Source: a bacterium
Lineage (GTDB): Bacteria > UBA10199 > 2-02-FULL-44-16 > JAAZCA01
Assembly: GCA_963674695.2 (NCBI GenBank)
Contig: CAXXGI010000001.1
Span: 64,001-128,000, forward strand
Reading direction: 5' to 3'
Length of the DNA: 64,000 bases
The translations under genes were made by a program, and so were the position numbers. Position 1 is the first letter of the stretch; each line of letters starts with the position of its first letter. Below, piece after piece: positions 1 to 10,195 of the stretch. The notes under the pieces were generated by a model that was not told the DNA's origin, searched no databases, and saw only the letters and a program-made list of their open reading frames with translations.

Positions 1-1287
1 CACCACGCCCGCGTCATAGAGTTGCGTCAGATGCTTCTCGCCGAAGCCGTCGATGCCGACGATCTTGACGAAATGCGCGAGCTCGCCCACGCTGGAGCGC
101 GCACAGTCCTTGGCGTTCGTGCACAGGAGCAGATCGTCGCGCACCTCGGTCGGAGCGCCGCAGGAAGGACAGCGTTTCGGAATGGAAATCTTCCCCTTCC
201 CCGCCTCCACCACGCGCTCCACATGCGGAATCACGCCGCCCCGACGCATCATAAGGACCGTCGCGCCGCGCGTGAGCCCCAACGCCTTGAGGATCGCCAG
301 ATTGTGCAGCGACGCACGCCGCACCTTGGCACCGGAGAGCTCCACGGGTTCGACCACCGCCACGGGCGTGATCGCCCCGGTGCGCGACACGCTCCACTCC
401 ACATCGATCAAGCGCGTCGTTCCGGAATCACCCTGAAATTTGTAGGCGATGGCAAAACGCGGATGATGCGCGGTGACGCCCAGACGCCGCTGTTCCGCGA
501 TGCGATCGGCCTTGAAGACCACGCCGTCGGTCTCAAAATCATAGGCGTCGCGCTTCTCCTGAATGGCCTCATAGGACAATTGAATCTCCGCCTTCGAGAC
601 ACCGCGCCACTCGACGACCGCAAACCCCTCGCGTTCGAGAAACGCATACTTCTCCGCTTCGGTCGCAACCTCCGCGCCCATGAGATCGTAAGCAAAGAAA
701 GAAAGTTCATAGGCACCGGTCTTGCGCGCGTCCTTCTGTTTGATCGCCCCCGCCGCAAGGTTACGCGGATTGGCAAACTGCCCTTCGTAGCGCGCAAATA
801 CGGAGAGCGGCATATAGACCTCGCCGCGCACTTCGAGATGGCCCTGCCCGATCTGTTTTGGAATCGAACGAATGAAACGCACGTTGGAGGTGATCTCTTC
901 GCCCTCGACGCCGTCGCCGCGCGTCGCGGCCTGGACGAGTTCGCCGTCGGCCCCATAGCGAAGGCTGCACGCAACACCATCGACCTTCGGGCTCACGACA
1001 AGATCGCCGTCGAACTTGGCGGCCCAATCGGCGACCGCCTTCTCCTCGTAGGCCTTGTCCAACGAGAGCATCGGCGTTTCGTGGCGAACCTTGACCCCTT
1101 CGGCGCGCAGATCGGAGACGAGCTCGGTCAGCACCGCCGCATCGGGCTTTCGCCGGCGCAACTCCTCCACGAGCGCATCGAAGGCCTCATCCGAGATCTC
1201 CGGCGCATGCTCCCGGAAATAGAGCTCGTTGTGTCGGCGTACCTCGGCCTCAAGCTCCGGGGTTCCGCGTTTCGACCAATCCGACAT
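1..1287 (-). CDS. ligA: NAD-dependent DNA ligase (5' part; runs off the window start)
   Basis: Manual minus-strand translation from ATG 1287: RRHNELYF...PEISDEAFDAL, PMLSLDKAY, KVDG adenylation motif, TRGDG, EVRGE, FANPRNLAAG, DGVVFK, HHPRFAIAYKF, SRTGAITPVA, CPSC zinc finger. Absent from the ORF track because its stop lies outside the window. Confidence 0.96.
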   Translation of the reverse strand, partial: MSDWSKRGTPELEAEVRRHNELYFREHAPEISDEAFDALVEELRRRKPDAAVLTELVSDLRAEGVKVRHETPMLSLDKAYEEKAVADWAAKFDGDLVVSPKVDGVACSLRYGADGELVQAATRGDGVEGEEITSNVRFIRSIPKQIGQGHLEVRGEVYMPLSVFARYEGQFANPRNLAAGAIKQKDARKTGAYELSFFAYDLMGAEVATEAEKYAFLEREGFAVVEWRGVSKAEIQLSYEAIQEKRDAYDFETDGVVFKADRIAEQRRLGVTAHHPRFAIAYKFQGDSGTTRLIDVEWSVSRTGAITPVAVVEPVELSGAKVRRASLHNLAILKALGLTRGATVLMMRRGGVIPHVERVVEAGKGKISIPKRCPSCGAPTEVRDDLLLCTNAKDCARSSVGELAHFVKIVGIDGFGEKHLTQLYDAGVV

Positions 1288-1395
1288 TTTCGCTTTCCTT
1301 TCACCGGGCGGGTTGCTACAAACGGGCCTCACCTTAGCGAAATATCACGCTATTTCAACCAGATTCGGCGTTTATCCGCCCCCCGAGGATTTCCC

Positions 1396-3948
1396 ATGAC
1401 CATCCAATCGTTCACGCTCGACAACGGCATGCAGGTCCTGCTCGAAGAGAACCACGCCGCCAAAGTGGTCTCCTTCAACGCGCTGGTCAAGGTCGGCTCG
1501 GCTATGGAAACCGACGCCGAAGCGGGCATCAGCCATGTCATCGAGCACATGCTTTTCAAGGGAACGCCCACGCGCCCCGAGGGAACGATCGCGCGCGATA
1601 TCGAGGCCGCCGGCGGCGAAATCAACGCCTACACCTCGATCGACCAGACCTGTTACTACATCAACATGGCCACGCGCTTTGCCGAGACGGGGCTGTCGAT
1701 TCTGGCCGACGCCATCTGCAACCCGCTCTTCGACGCGGAGGAGCTCGGGCGCGAAATCGAGGTCATCCTCGAAGAGGTCCGGCGCGAGCAGGACAATCCG
1801 AATCGCATGACGACCGAGCATATCTTTCAAACCGCTTATCGCAAACACACCTATGGCCGTCCGATCATCGGATACCCCAAGACCATCACCTCCTTCACGC
1901 GCGAACGTCTCCTCGACTTCTACCGCCGCTGGTACACCCCCTCGAACATCGTCTTTATCGCCGTGGGCGATTTCAAGACGGAGGCGATGCTGGAGTTGAT
2001 CCGCAAGGAGTTTGCAGGCCTGAAGGGCCCGGCTGCACCAAAGACCACCATTCCCGCTGAGCCGAAACAGAGCGGCGTGCGGCTCGTCATCAAACCCTCG
2101 AACATCCAGAGCGCCTACCTGGGAATTGCCTTTCACGTCCCCGGCATCACGCATCAGGATGTCCCGGCGATCGATGTGCTGGCCCACATCCTGGGTGGTG
2201 CGGATTCGTCGCGCCTCGAGCAGGTGATCAAACGCCGCCGCCACCTGGCCCACAACATCTACGCCTACGCGCTGACCCCGCGCGACCCGGGCCTCTTTCT
2301 CATCGGCGGCATGCTCTCCGATGGCGATGTTCCCAAGGCGATCGATGCGATCACTGCCGAGGTGCACCGCATCTGTGAAGAGTCGGTCTCCTCCGAAGAG
2401 CTCTCGCGCGCAAAGCTGGCGCTGCGCTCCTCTGAAATCTACGACCGCGAGACCGTCGGCGGCCAGGGCAGCAAGATCGCTTCGTTCATCGCGACCGCCG
2501 ACGACCATACCTTTGAAAAGCGCTATTATCAGATGCTGCGCGACGTCCAGATCGAGACCGTACGCACGGCGGCCAAAACCTACCTCAAACCGGAAGCGGC
2601 CACGCTCGTTCTGCTGGTCCCGCACGGTTCGCGATGGCTCAAGGAGAAGGCGACGATCAAGACCGCCCTCACCCGAAAACCGGCGAAGGCAAAGGGGACC
2701 TGCCGCAAATCGAACGAGGCCATCCAGACGCTGCGTTTAAAGAACGGTGCCACGCTCATCGTTCAAGAAAACCATGCGCACCCCATCGTTGCCATCAATG
2801 CTGTCGTCCTGGGCGGCACGCGTTTCGAAACACCGAAGACCAACGGCATCTCGGCGCTCACCGCGCGTATGCTCACCAAAGGAACGAAGACACGCTCTGC
2901 GGTGCAGATTTCGGAAGCAATTGAAAGGATCGCCGGCGACATCGACGGATTCACCGGTCGCAACACCATCGGCCTGCGCTCTGAGTTTTTGAGCGAGCAC
3001 CTGCGCGATGGCTTCGCGCTCTTCGCCGATGTGCTGACCCATCCGTCGTTTGCACAGGCCGAGGTGACCAAGGAGAAACGCCTGTTGACCAAGGCGATTC
3101 GCGACCAGGAGGACAACCTCTCCTCGCGCAGTTTTGCGGAGTTCATGAAGACCCTCTTTCCGCATCATCCCTATGGTCTGCGCAGCTCCGGAACGGCGGC
3201 ATCCGTGAAGGGACTCAAACAAGCCGACGTCGCACGCTTTCACCGCGAGGTCTTTCGCGCGAAGGGGCTCGTGCTCACGGTCGTCGGCGATGTGAATGCC
3301 CATGAGGTGGAAACCCTTGCCAACGAAATGCTCGCCGACCTGCCCAAGGGGGCGCCAAAAAAACGCGCGATCAAGCGGGATGCGCGCCCGAAGAAACCGC
3401 GCGAGAGCGTCGTGATCAAACGCGACAAGCAACAGGCACACATCGTGCTGGGCTATCAATCGACCACGTTTACGAGCGTCGATCGCTATGCACTCACCGT
3501 CCTCAACACGATTCTCTCCGGCCAGGGGGGACGCCTCTTCGTCACGCTGCGCGACCAGATGAGTCTGGCCTATGCGGTGAGTTCCGTCCTCCATGAAGGG
3601 ATCGACCCGGGGTTCTTCGCCGTCTACATCGGCACCGATCCGGCCAAAGTCGAAACGGCGATCGCCGGCATCACCATGCAGCTCGACCTCGTACGCGACA
3701 AACGCGTCACCGGCGAGGAACTCGCGCGCGCCAAGCAGTATATTGCGGGAACCTATGAACTCGACCGTCAGCGCAACATGGCGCTGGCCAACCTCTATGC
3801 CTTCAACACGCTCTACGGCATCGGCCTTGAGGAGGCGGAGGAATATCCGAAGCGCATCATGGCGGTCACGCGCGAGGACGTCCAGCGCGTGGCAACGAAA
3901 TACATCACGCCGGAGTCGTATACGCTGGCGGTGATCAAGCCTTCCTAG
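1396..3948 (+). CDS. M16 family zinc peptidase (pitrilysin/PqqL-like, two tandem M16 halves)
   Basis: HxxEH motif (SHVIEHMLFKGT) and GGEINAYTS; second half lacks the motif and contains LRDQMSLAY. True start is ATG 1396 after GAGGA; the upstream part of ORF 22..3948 is the antisense shadow of ligA. Confidence 0.92.
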   Translation: MTIQSFTLDNGMQVLLEENHAAKVVSFNALVKVGSAMETDAEAGISHVIEHMLFKGTPTRPEGTIARDIEAAGGEINAYTSIDQTCYYINMATRFAETGLSILADAICNPLFDAEELGREIEVILEEVRREQDNPNRMTTEHIFQTAYRKHTYGRPIIGYPKTITSFTRERLLDFYRRWYTPSNIVFIAVGDFKTEAMLELIRKEFAGLKGPAAPKTTIPAEPKQSGVRLVIKPSNIQSAYLGIAFHVPGITHQDVPAIDVLAHILGGADSSRLEQVIKRRRHLAHNIYAYALTPRDPGLFLIGGMLSDGDVPKAIDAITAEVHRICEESVSSEELSRAKLALRSSEIYDRETVGGQGSKIASFIATADDHTFEKRYYQMLRDVQIETVRTAAKTYLKPEAATLVLLVPHGSRWLKEKATIKTALTRKPAKAKGTCRKSNEAIQTLRLKNGATLIVQENHAHPIVAINAVVLGGTRFETPKTNGISALTARMLTKGTKTRSAVQISEAIERIAGDIDGFTGRNTIGLRSEFLSEHLRDGFALFADVLTHPSFAQAEVTKEKRLLTKAIRDQEDNLSSRSFAEFMKTLFPHHPYGLRSSGTAASVKGLKQADVARFHREVFRAKGLVLTVVGDVNAHEVETLANEMLADLPKGAPKKRAIKRDARPKKPRESVVIKRDKQQAHIVLGYQSTTFTSVDRYALTVLNTILSGQGGRLFVTLRDQMSLAYAVSSVLHEGIDPGFFAVYIGTDPAKVETAIAGITMQLDLVRDKRVTGEELARAKQYIAGTYELDRQRNMALANLYAFNTLYGIGLEEAEEYPKRIMAVTREDVQRVATKYITPESYTLAVIKPS

Positions 3949-3953
3949 GATGA

Positions 3954-4049
3954 TGTCATTCCGAACCCTTCAACTCCGCTCAGGATAAACTCACGTTGAG
4001 GAATCTCATGGGATCCCTCGACTCCGCGTCGCTTCGCTCGGGATGACAC
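3954..4049. repeat. TGTCAT...ATGACA palindromic REP-like element with nested hairpin insert
   Basis: tgtcattccga ... tcgggatgaca terminal inverted repeat between two convergent genes. Confidence 0.7.
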
Positions 4050-4058
4050 AAACGCGTT

Positions 4059-6266
4059 TCACACAAAAATATCCTGGAATTTGAGGTCTTCGGCGGCGAG
4101 GACGATCGCCATCGGCGGGAAACCGGCAGTGCGGGCCATGAGCTGCGCATAGTAGTCGGCGTAGGATTCCACCGTCTCATCCTCACCCGGCGGACGCATG
4201 CCGATGAAGACGAGGTCGGCATCCTTTGACGCCTCGCGAATGGTCGTCGGCAGCGGCGAGGTCTCGTAGGGATGAATAATGATGTCGGGCTCGGCGATCA
4301 GACGCGCCTCCTTGAGAAACCCCGCGATCTCCTCGCGCGTTGATTCGCGCTCCTGTTCATCACGCACGATCGTGCGAATGGTTAAACGCGACCCGCGGCA
4401 TTCGGGGCTGGTCTGAAGCAGATACCCGAGCGTGAGCATGAGCCCCGCGTTTTGCCGCTTGCCGCCCCACCAACAGGCGATGTGGTGCCGACGCTGCCGC
4501 GGCGCCTCGATCTGCCCCTCCCGGACGAGGACGAGATTACGCCGCGCGCGGTAGATGAACTGCACGATGCGCGCAAAATCATCGAACTTTTCCGCGTCCT
4601 CGCTCTCGCCGAGCAGGATCGTGTTCGGCACGAGCGGCCCGATGCCATAGGAGGTGATAAGCCCCTTCACCCCAGAGACAAAATCGACGGCCCCCGTCAC
4701 CTCGACGAGTGCGGGGACATCGCGTTCCTCAAGCCAGTGCTGAATGGTTTCCTCCATCGACGCGATCTTTTCCGGGTCAATCTGCTCCCCCTGGAGTATT
4801 GAAGCGACGGTCAAAAACCCCTTCCCGTGCGTAATAGCGTCGGCCAGCTCCATCAAGTAGAAGCGCTTGGTGGGTGCACCGGCCAGGACCAGGATGTTCG
4901 GCCGCCACGTACGTGCATCCTGACGATGCCGCGCCAGTCGATAGATGGAAAAACGCGCCATCGAGAGGTGGATGCTGCGGCGAATATCGTCCCACCGCGT
5001 GCCCAACCGACGGCGCGCCGTCACATAGTAGAGCATGCCGACGACGAAGATCGCGATGAAGGTCGCTCCGGGATTGATCATGAACATCGCGACGAGACAG
5101 AGCCCCGCGCCGATGAAAGAGACGATCCAGGGCGTACGAAAGGAGGGGCGCCAGGAGGGATTCCCGATGAGCCCCTCCAATCCCGCCACGAGATTGATCG
5201 AGCCGTAGGTCGTGAGAAAAAACATCGTCAGCACCGGCGCGATGGTGTCGAGATTTCCCCAGAGCACGGCCACCAGCGCGATGAGAAACGAAAACGCCGT
5301 TGCGATCCGCGGAGTATCCTGTTCCCCATGCCCCTTGCCGAAGAAAGCGGGAACGGTCTTGTCGCGCGCGAGTGCCTGGAGATTGCGCGGCGCACCCAGG
5401 ATGCTGCCCAGGGCGCTGGAGAGCGAGGCCCCCCAGATGCCGGCGATGACGATCCAACGCAGGCGTGCCACGTCAAGAAAGATCAGCGTGTTGTCGATGA
5501 GCACGCGGTTAGGGACTCGCTCGACGAGCCAGATGCCGATGACCAGATAGACGATAAACCCCACCAGCACCGCTGCGATCGTGCCCCGTGGGATGGAGCG
5601 TGCCGGGTCTTTCAGATCGCCCGACATCGACAGCCCCGCCTCGATGCCGGTGACCGCCGGGAAGAAGACCGCGAAGACCGCCCAGAACGGAACGGACGAA
5701 ACCGATGCTGCGTGCGCCACCTCGCCCGCCGGCACATATGAACCAGCGAAGAAAGAGATGAGCGAGCCGATGATAATGAGAAGAATAGCAAATGCAGCCT
5801 TGAGCGCTACACCCGCGGAGATGAAGGCCAGAAGCGTCACAAAGACAAGGCTGCCGACGGCGACGAGCACCGGCGGCGCATGAGGAAAGACGCCGATGAC
5901 TCCCTCGGTAAAACCCGCAATGTAGAAGGCGATGCCGATGGCCTTGGCACCATAGAGCGAGAGCCCGATGGCCGCGCCGACCTCGACACCGAGGGAACGC
6001 GACACCATGTAATAGGCCCCGCCGATGCCGACCTTCATGTTGGTGGCGATCGACGCCATCGACAGTGCCGTGATGAAGGTGATCACACTCGAAGCCGTGA
6101 TGATGAAGATGGTGCCGACAAGACCCACATGCCCCGCCACCCAGCCCATGCGCAGGTACATGATGACGCCGAAGACGGTGAGGATGCTGGGGAGAAAGAC
6201 GCCCTGAAAGGTGCCGAAGGTGTTTCGGCCGTTGCTCTTCGATTCTGCGGCAGCGGATTGTTCCAT
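4059..6266 (-). CDS. Cation-chloride cotransporter (SLC12/CCC-like) amino acid permease family protein
   Basis: FGTFQGVFLPSILTVFGVIMYLRMGW, GGAYYMVSRSLG, FAVFFPAVTGI, MSGDLKDP, PSWRPSF and WRPNILVL motifs; about 12 TM segments plus a soluble C-terminal domain. Confidence 0.88.
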   Translation of the reverse strand: MEQSAAAESKSNGRNTFGTFQGVFLPSILTVFGVIMYLRMGWVAGHVGLVGTIFIITASSVITFITALSMASIATNMKVGIGGAYYMVSRSLGVEVGAAIGLSLYGAKAIGIAFYIAGFTEGVIGVFPHAPPVLVAVGSLVFVTLLAFISAGVALKAAFAILLIIIGSLISFFAGSYVPAGEVAHAASVSSVPFWAVFAVFFPAVTGIEAGLSMSGDLKDPARSIPRGTIAAVLVGFIVYLVIGIWLVERVPNRVLIDNTLIFLDVARLRWIVIAGIWGASLSSALGSILGAPRNLQALARDKTVPAFFGKGHGEQDTPRIATAFSFLIALVAVLWGNLDTIAPVLTMFFLTTYGSINLVAGLEGLIGNPSWRPSFRTPWIVSFIGAGLCLVAMFMINPGATFIAIFVVGMLYYVTARRRLGTRWDDIRRSIHLSMARFSIYRLARHRQDARTWRPNILVLAGAPTKRFYLMELADAITHGKGFLTVASILQGEQIDPEKIASMEETIQHWLEERDVPALVEVTGAVDFVSGVKGLITSYGIGPLVPNTILLGESEDAEKFDDFARIVQFIYRARRNLVLVREGQIEAPRQRRHHIACWWGGKRQNAGLMLTLGYLLQTSPECRGSRLTIRTIVRDEQERESTREEIAGFLKEARLIAEPDIIIHPYETSPLPTTIREASKDADLVFIGMRPPGEDETVESYADYYAQLMARTAGFPPMAIVLAAEDLKFQDIFV

Positions 6267-6307
6267 GGATTCGCAGTATCGCACGAGGCAATGCCACCTG
6301 CAACGGT

Positions 6308-6970
6308 TTAGGAGGGCATGCAATCATTCCAGCCGGCGAGCGGGCAGCCATCACACCGAGGCTTGGTGCGGCAATGCTCCTTGGCGCACTCGACGATCAG
6401 GGCGTGGTATTCATTATAGAGGGGAATGTCACAGGGAAGGCCATCCGTCATGAGTTCCTGCAGCTCGTAATAGCCATCCTCCTCGGAACAGAGGCTGTGG
6501 CGCAAGAGGATGCGCTTCGTATACGCGTCGATGACGAAGGTGGCCTTGTCCAGCGCATAGAGCAGGATCGAATCGGCCGTCTCGGGCCCGATCCCCTTGA
6601 CCGCGAGGAGTTCGGGGCGCAGCTCCTCGAGCGACCGCGCGGCCATCTGCGTCGCGCTGCCATCAGAGGTGTCGACAAAATAGGTCAGAAAGGAACGCAG
6701 CCGACCCGTCTTCACGCGATAATACCCCGCGGGACGAATGAGCTCCGCCAGCGTTTCGGGAGGGAGGGCGAGCATCTTCTCAGGTGCGAGGACACGCTCT
6801 CGTTTCAGATTCGCAATAGCGCGTTCAACATTTTTCCAATTCGTATTCTGCGTGAGAATGGCGCCGACCATCACCTCGAAAGGCGTCTCGCCCGGCCACC
6901 AGTGACGCGGACCGAACCGAGCGAGCAATCGATCGAAGCCTTCCTGAAGAATGTCGTGTTTGAATGCCAT
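6308..6970 (-). CDS. Endonuclease III-related HhH-GPD DNA glycosylase
   Basis: HWWPGETPFEVMVGAILTQNTNW, LLAVKGIGPETADSILLYA, C-terminal C-x3-C-x4-C-x2-C-like Fe-S motif (CAKEHCRTKPRCDGCPL). Confidence 0.9.
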   Translation of the reverse strand: MAFKHDILQEGFDRLLARFGPRHWWPGETPFEVMVGAILTQNTNWKNVERAIANLKRERVLAPEKMLALPPETLAELIRPAGYYRVKTGRLRSFLTYFVDTSDGSATQMAARSLEELRPELLAVKGIGPETADSILLYALDKATFVIDAYTKRILLRHSLCSEEDGYYELQELMTDGLPCDIPLYNEYHALIVECAKEHCRTKPRCDGCPLAGWNDCMPS

Positions 6971-7020
6971 CGAAGAATAACACCCTTCCCGCAACAAAAG
7001 AAAAGCCAGCCAGGAAACAC

Positions 7021-7056
7021 CTGACTGGCTTGACTGACCTGACTCGCTTGACTGGC
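7021..7056. repeat. Degenerate 9-mer tandem repeat (YTGACTGGC-like x4)
   Basis: ctgactggc ttgactgac ctgactcgc ttgactggc; related arrays at 16262 and 22999. Confidence 0.75.
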
Positions 7057-7058
7057 TT

Positions 7059-7427
7059 CTATTCCGCCGCTTCTGCCTTCTTCTCTTCAGCGGGGGCTGC
7101 CTCAGCTGCTGCGGGAGCGGCCTCTTCCTTCTTCTCTTCGACGGGCGCTGCCTCAGCTGCTGCGGGAACGGCCTCTTCCTTCGGGGCCTCGGCTACCGGC
7201 ACCTCAGGCTTCTTCGACGCCGACCACGCGCCATAGTGCTGCTCGCACTTGCCCTTGCGATACATCGGCTTGTGGCACCCCTCTTCGCTGCAGCTCTTGT
7301 AGCGACCCACTTCGCCTTCGATCTCGCCGCGGCGCCACTTGTTATAGTGAACGGTGCAATACCCCTTGGCGCGATAGGCGCGTTTGCAGCCTTCGATCTT
7401 ACAGCTCTTGGTCTCAGCAGTGCTCAT
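7059..7427 (-). CDS. Small Cys/His zinc-finger-like protein resembling myxobacterial vegetative protein, with Ala/Glu/Pro-rich tail
   Basis: Two C-x4-C-x9-C-x2-HY repeats (CKIEGCKRAYRAKGYCTVHY; CSEEGCHKPMYRKGKCEQHY) and a duplicated EEA(V/A)PAAAEAAP tail. Confidence 0.6.
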   Translation of the reverse strand: MSTAETKSCKIEGCKRAYRAKGYCTVHYNKWRRGEIEGEVGRYKSCSEEGCHKPMYRKGKCEQHYGAWSASKKPEVPVAEAPKEEAVPAAAEAAPVEEKKEEAAPAAAEAAPAEEKKAEAAE

Positions 7428-7453
7428 GATGTCCACTCCTTTTGCTCCACGGC

Positions 7454-7804
7454 TCACGGCCGCTTCGTCGGTTTGTCCGGCTCCGGATTCAGTTGCGGCG
7501 GAAGGGCGACTTGATCAGGCGCGCCGGGAATCGTCTTTCCATATTGCAGCTCCTTACGCACCATCTCGTCGAGCTGTTTGCGCTCGGAATCGGTGACATC
7601 CTCCGAGATCGCCTCGCCAGCGGCTTTGAGCCCCTCACCCACCAATGAGCGCATATCCTTCACGCCCTCCTTGAACATCTTGGTTTGGGTGATCGGCACG
7701 GCGTGCTCCTGGATCGTCTTGCCCCGAATCTTCCATCCCGTGACCCAGAGAACGATCGAACCGATGATCGCGATCAAAAACAGCCACTTGATAAGGCGCC
7801 ACAT
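7454..7804 (-). CDS. Hypothetical protein with N-terminal TM helix
   Basis: ATG 7804 preceded by GGGGGGAG; hydrophobic N-terminus MWRLIKWLFLIAIIGSIVLWV. Confidence 0.65.
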   Translation of the reverse strand: MWRLIKWLFLIAIIGSIVLWVTGWKIRGKTIQEHAVPITQTKMFKEGVKDMRSLVGEGLKAAGEAISEDVTDSERKQLDEMVRKELQYGKTIPGAPDQVALPPQLNPEPDKPTKRP

Positions 7805-8092
7805 AGCTCCCCCCCTGGAATTGCGAGGCAAGCTAACCGAGCCGGCCGCCCCCGTCAAGACCTTGATCACGAGGAACACAGCACCTCCCCTGAAACGCTC
7901 ACTCGCCTCCGCTTGGGATGGTGTTTGGAGGGGATCTCTTCTTTCATCGCGATCGAAGCCTATAATGCTGCGATGGAAGAAGAAAAAGCCGCCGAGGCGG
8001 CATGTGAGCCGAGACGGCGGTCCCCGAAAACACCATCCCAAACGGAGGGGGCCAGTAGACAATCCGTGGGGGCTCTGCTATAGCCAGCAGCG

Positions 8093-9049
8093 ATGAAGCG
8101 CACTCCCACGATATTGATCGTCGACGACAACCCCACCACGGTGGAACTGCTGCGCATGCAGCTGAGGCCCTATCCCTACAGGCTCGAATCGGCCTTCGAC
8201 GGCGAGGAAGCGCTCGATGTCATCGGTCGAACCGCGCCGGATCTGATCCTCTTAGACCTGATGATGCCCAAGATCTCCGGATTTGAAATCCTCAAGCGCA
8301 TCAAGGGAGACAAGCACACCCAGTTCATCCCGATCATCGTCATCACCGCGCTGTCCGAACAGGACGACAAGATTCGCGCCATCGAACTGGGCGCCGATGA
8401 TTTTCTCGTCAAGCCGAGCAATCGGCTGGAGCTGATCACGCGCATCAAATCCTTGCTGCGCATGAAGCTGATGCACGACGATCTCGACACCAGCGAGAAC
8501 ATCCTCATCTCGCTGGCCGCAGCGCTCGAAGCCAAGGACCTCACCACGGCCGGCCACTCCGAGCGGGTGGCGGAGCTGGCGGTTCACATCGGTCAACACC
8601 TGGGAATCTCCGAGGGGGAACAGGAGACGCTGCGCAAGGGAGCGCTGCTCCACGACATCGGCAAGATCGGCGTGAAGGAATCGATCCTGCTCAAACCCGG
8701 GGCGCTCACGCCGGAGGAGACCGAACACATCCAGACGCACACGACGCGCGGGTATGACATCTGCGCGCCGCTCAAGAGCCTGGAGCCGGTGTTACCCATC
8801 ATCCGCTCGCATCATGAACGCATCGACGGCAAGGGCTATCCGGATGGCATCGAAGGGGAGACGATCCCCCTGTTCGCGCGCATCGTGGCGGTTGCGGACA
8901 CCTTCGATGCCATGACCACCGATCGCCCCTACCGAAAGGGCATGCCGCTCGAAAAGGCGATCTCCATCTATCAGAAAGAAATGCACGACGGCCAGTGGGA
9001 TCCCCGCTGCAGTCAGGCCCTGCTCGACATCCTTCAGGAACCATCGTGA
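8093..9049 (+). CDS. Response regulator with HD-GYP cyclic-di-GMP phosphodiesterase domain (RpfG-like)
   Basis: REC domain (ILIVDD, DLILLDLMMP) plus HDIGKIG, HHERIDGKGYPDG and RPYR motifs. Confidence 0.93.
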   Translation: MKRTPTILIVDDNPTTVELLRMQLRPYPYRLESAFDGEEALDVIGRTAPDLILLDLMMPKISGFEILKRIKGDKHTQFIPIIVITALSEQDDKIRAIELGADDFLVKPSNRLELITRIKSLLRMKLMHDDLDTSENILISLAAALEAKDLTTAGHSERVAELAVHIGQHLGISEGEQETLRKGALLHDIGKIGVKESILLKPGALTPEETEHIQTHTTRGYDICAPLKSLEPVLPIIRSHHERIDGKGYPDGIEGETIPLFARIVAVADTFDAMTTDRPYRKGMPLEKAISIYQKEMHDGQWDPRCSQALLDILQEPS

Positions 9050-10089
9050 CCTATCCCATTCCATCCCCGATTCTCGTCACCGGCGCCGGGGGACTCATCG
9101 GTTCACATATCTGCCGCGAGGCCGTGCATCACGGGGCTCAGGTCATCGCCCTCCTGCGCGATGGAGAGAGCGCGGTCAATCTGAAATCGCTGCCGAACCT
9201 TGAAATCGTTCGGGGCGACATCCGCGATCGCGATGGGATGTGCGCACTGGTGCAACGGTCATCCGCTGTCGTTCACGCCGCGGCGCTCAACACGCTCTGG
9301 CATCGCCCCTCGCGCGACTTCCATTCGATCAACGTTCGCGGCACAGAGATCCTCTGCGACGCAGCGCTCAAGGCACGAACCCCTCGATTCATCTCTTTCA
9401 GCAGTTGCGAGGTGATGGGCCGAGCGCGCGCCCAGAGCACGCCGAACGAGCAGCACCGACTCGATTCCCGCCATGTGCGCGGTCACTACGAGCGCAGCAA
9501 ACTGGCGGCGGAACTCACCGTGCAGCGCGCCTGCGCACGCGGGCTCCCCACGACGATCCTCCGGCCGACGGCGGTCATGGGGCCTCAGGATATCCATGGC
9601 ACCCCGCCCGGACGCCTGGTGCGCGCCTTTCTCGCGCGCGACATCCCGGCCTACTTCGATGCCGGCATCAACATCATCGATGCACGCGACGTGGCCATGG
9701 CCACGATCAACGCGCTCGTGCGGTTCCGCCCGGATGCGACGTTCATCCTCGGCGGGCACAACACCGAGCTGGGCGAACTGCTCACCATGCTCGAAGAACA
9801 CTCCGGCATTCCGGCCCCGACGCGCACCGTCGGATACCGGACCGCTCTCGCCGCCGCCGCCCTCTTCGAGGGTCGCTCGCTCATCACGCGCAAGCATCCG
9901 GGACTTACCGTAAACGGCATCCGCACGATCCGTCATCCCTGGCACTTCGACAGCACCAAGGCGCGCCGTGACCTGGGGCTTGAACCGCGCCCTTTGAGCG
10001 AAACCGTGCGCGACACGGTGGAGTGGCACCAAAAGACCGAAGGACGAAGAACGACCGATCCCTTCGGGATCTCGGACGAAGGACGATGA
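9046..10089 (+). CDS. NAD-dependent epimerase/dehydratase (HpnA / dihydroflavonol reductase-like)
   Basis: ILVTGAGGLIGS Rossmann motif, YERSK catalytic motif, PTPPG-like HGTPPG; GTG start overlaps the upstream stop. Confidence 0.85.
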   Translation: MTYPIPSPILVTGAGGLIGSHICREAVHHGAQVIALLRDGESAVNLKSLPNLEIVRGDIRDRDGMCALVQRSSAVVHAAALNTLWHRPSRDFHSINVRGTEILCDAALKARTPRFISFSSCEVMGRARAQSTPNEQHRLDSRHVRGHYERSKLAAELTVQRACARGLPTTILRPTAVMGPQDIHGTPPGRLVRAFLARDIPAYFDAGINIIDARDVAMATINALVRFRPDATFILGGHNTELGELLTMLEEHSGIPAPTRTVGYRTALAAAALFEGRSLITRKHPGLTVNGIRTIRHPWHFDSTKARRDLGLEPRPLSETVRDTVEWHQKTEGRRTTDPFGISDEGR

Positions 10090-10144
10090 AGCTTTTTCGT
10101 CCCTCGTCCCAGAGAACGAAGTGAACGAACGTCCCTCGTCCCTC
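10038..10144. repeat. Heptamer-arm hairpin element, copy A (GGACGAA arms, GATCCCTTCGGGATC hairpin)
   Basis: GGACGAA-like units on the left, CGTCCCT-like complementary units on the right, central AAGCTTTTT; same layout as 17435-17531. Confidence 0.75.
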
Positions 10145-10195
10145 AAAACATTTCGCCACTCAGAAACATCCGCCTCACGATCAAAAGGAGAAACC

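Noticed and set aside
22-1395. Apparent 458-aa N-terminal extension of the M16 peptidase (ORF 22..3948)
   Set aside because: It is the stop-free antisense frame of ligA; the peptidase has its own RBS and ATG at 1396.
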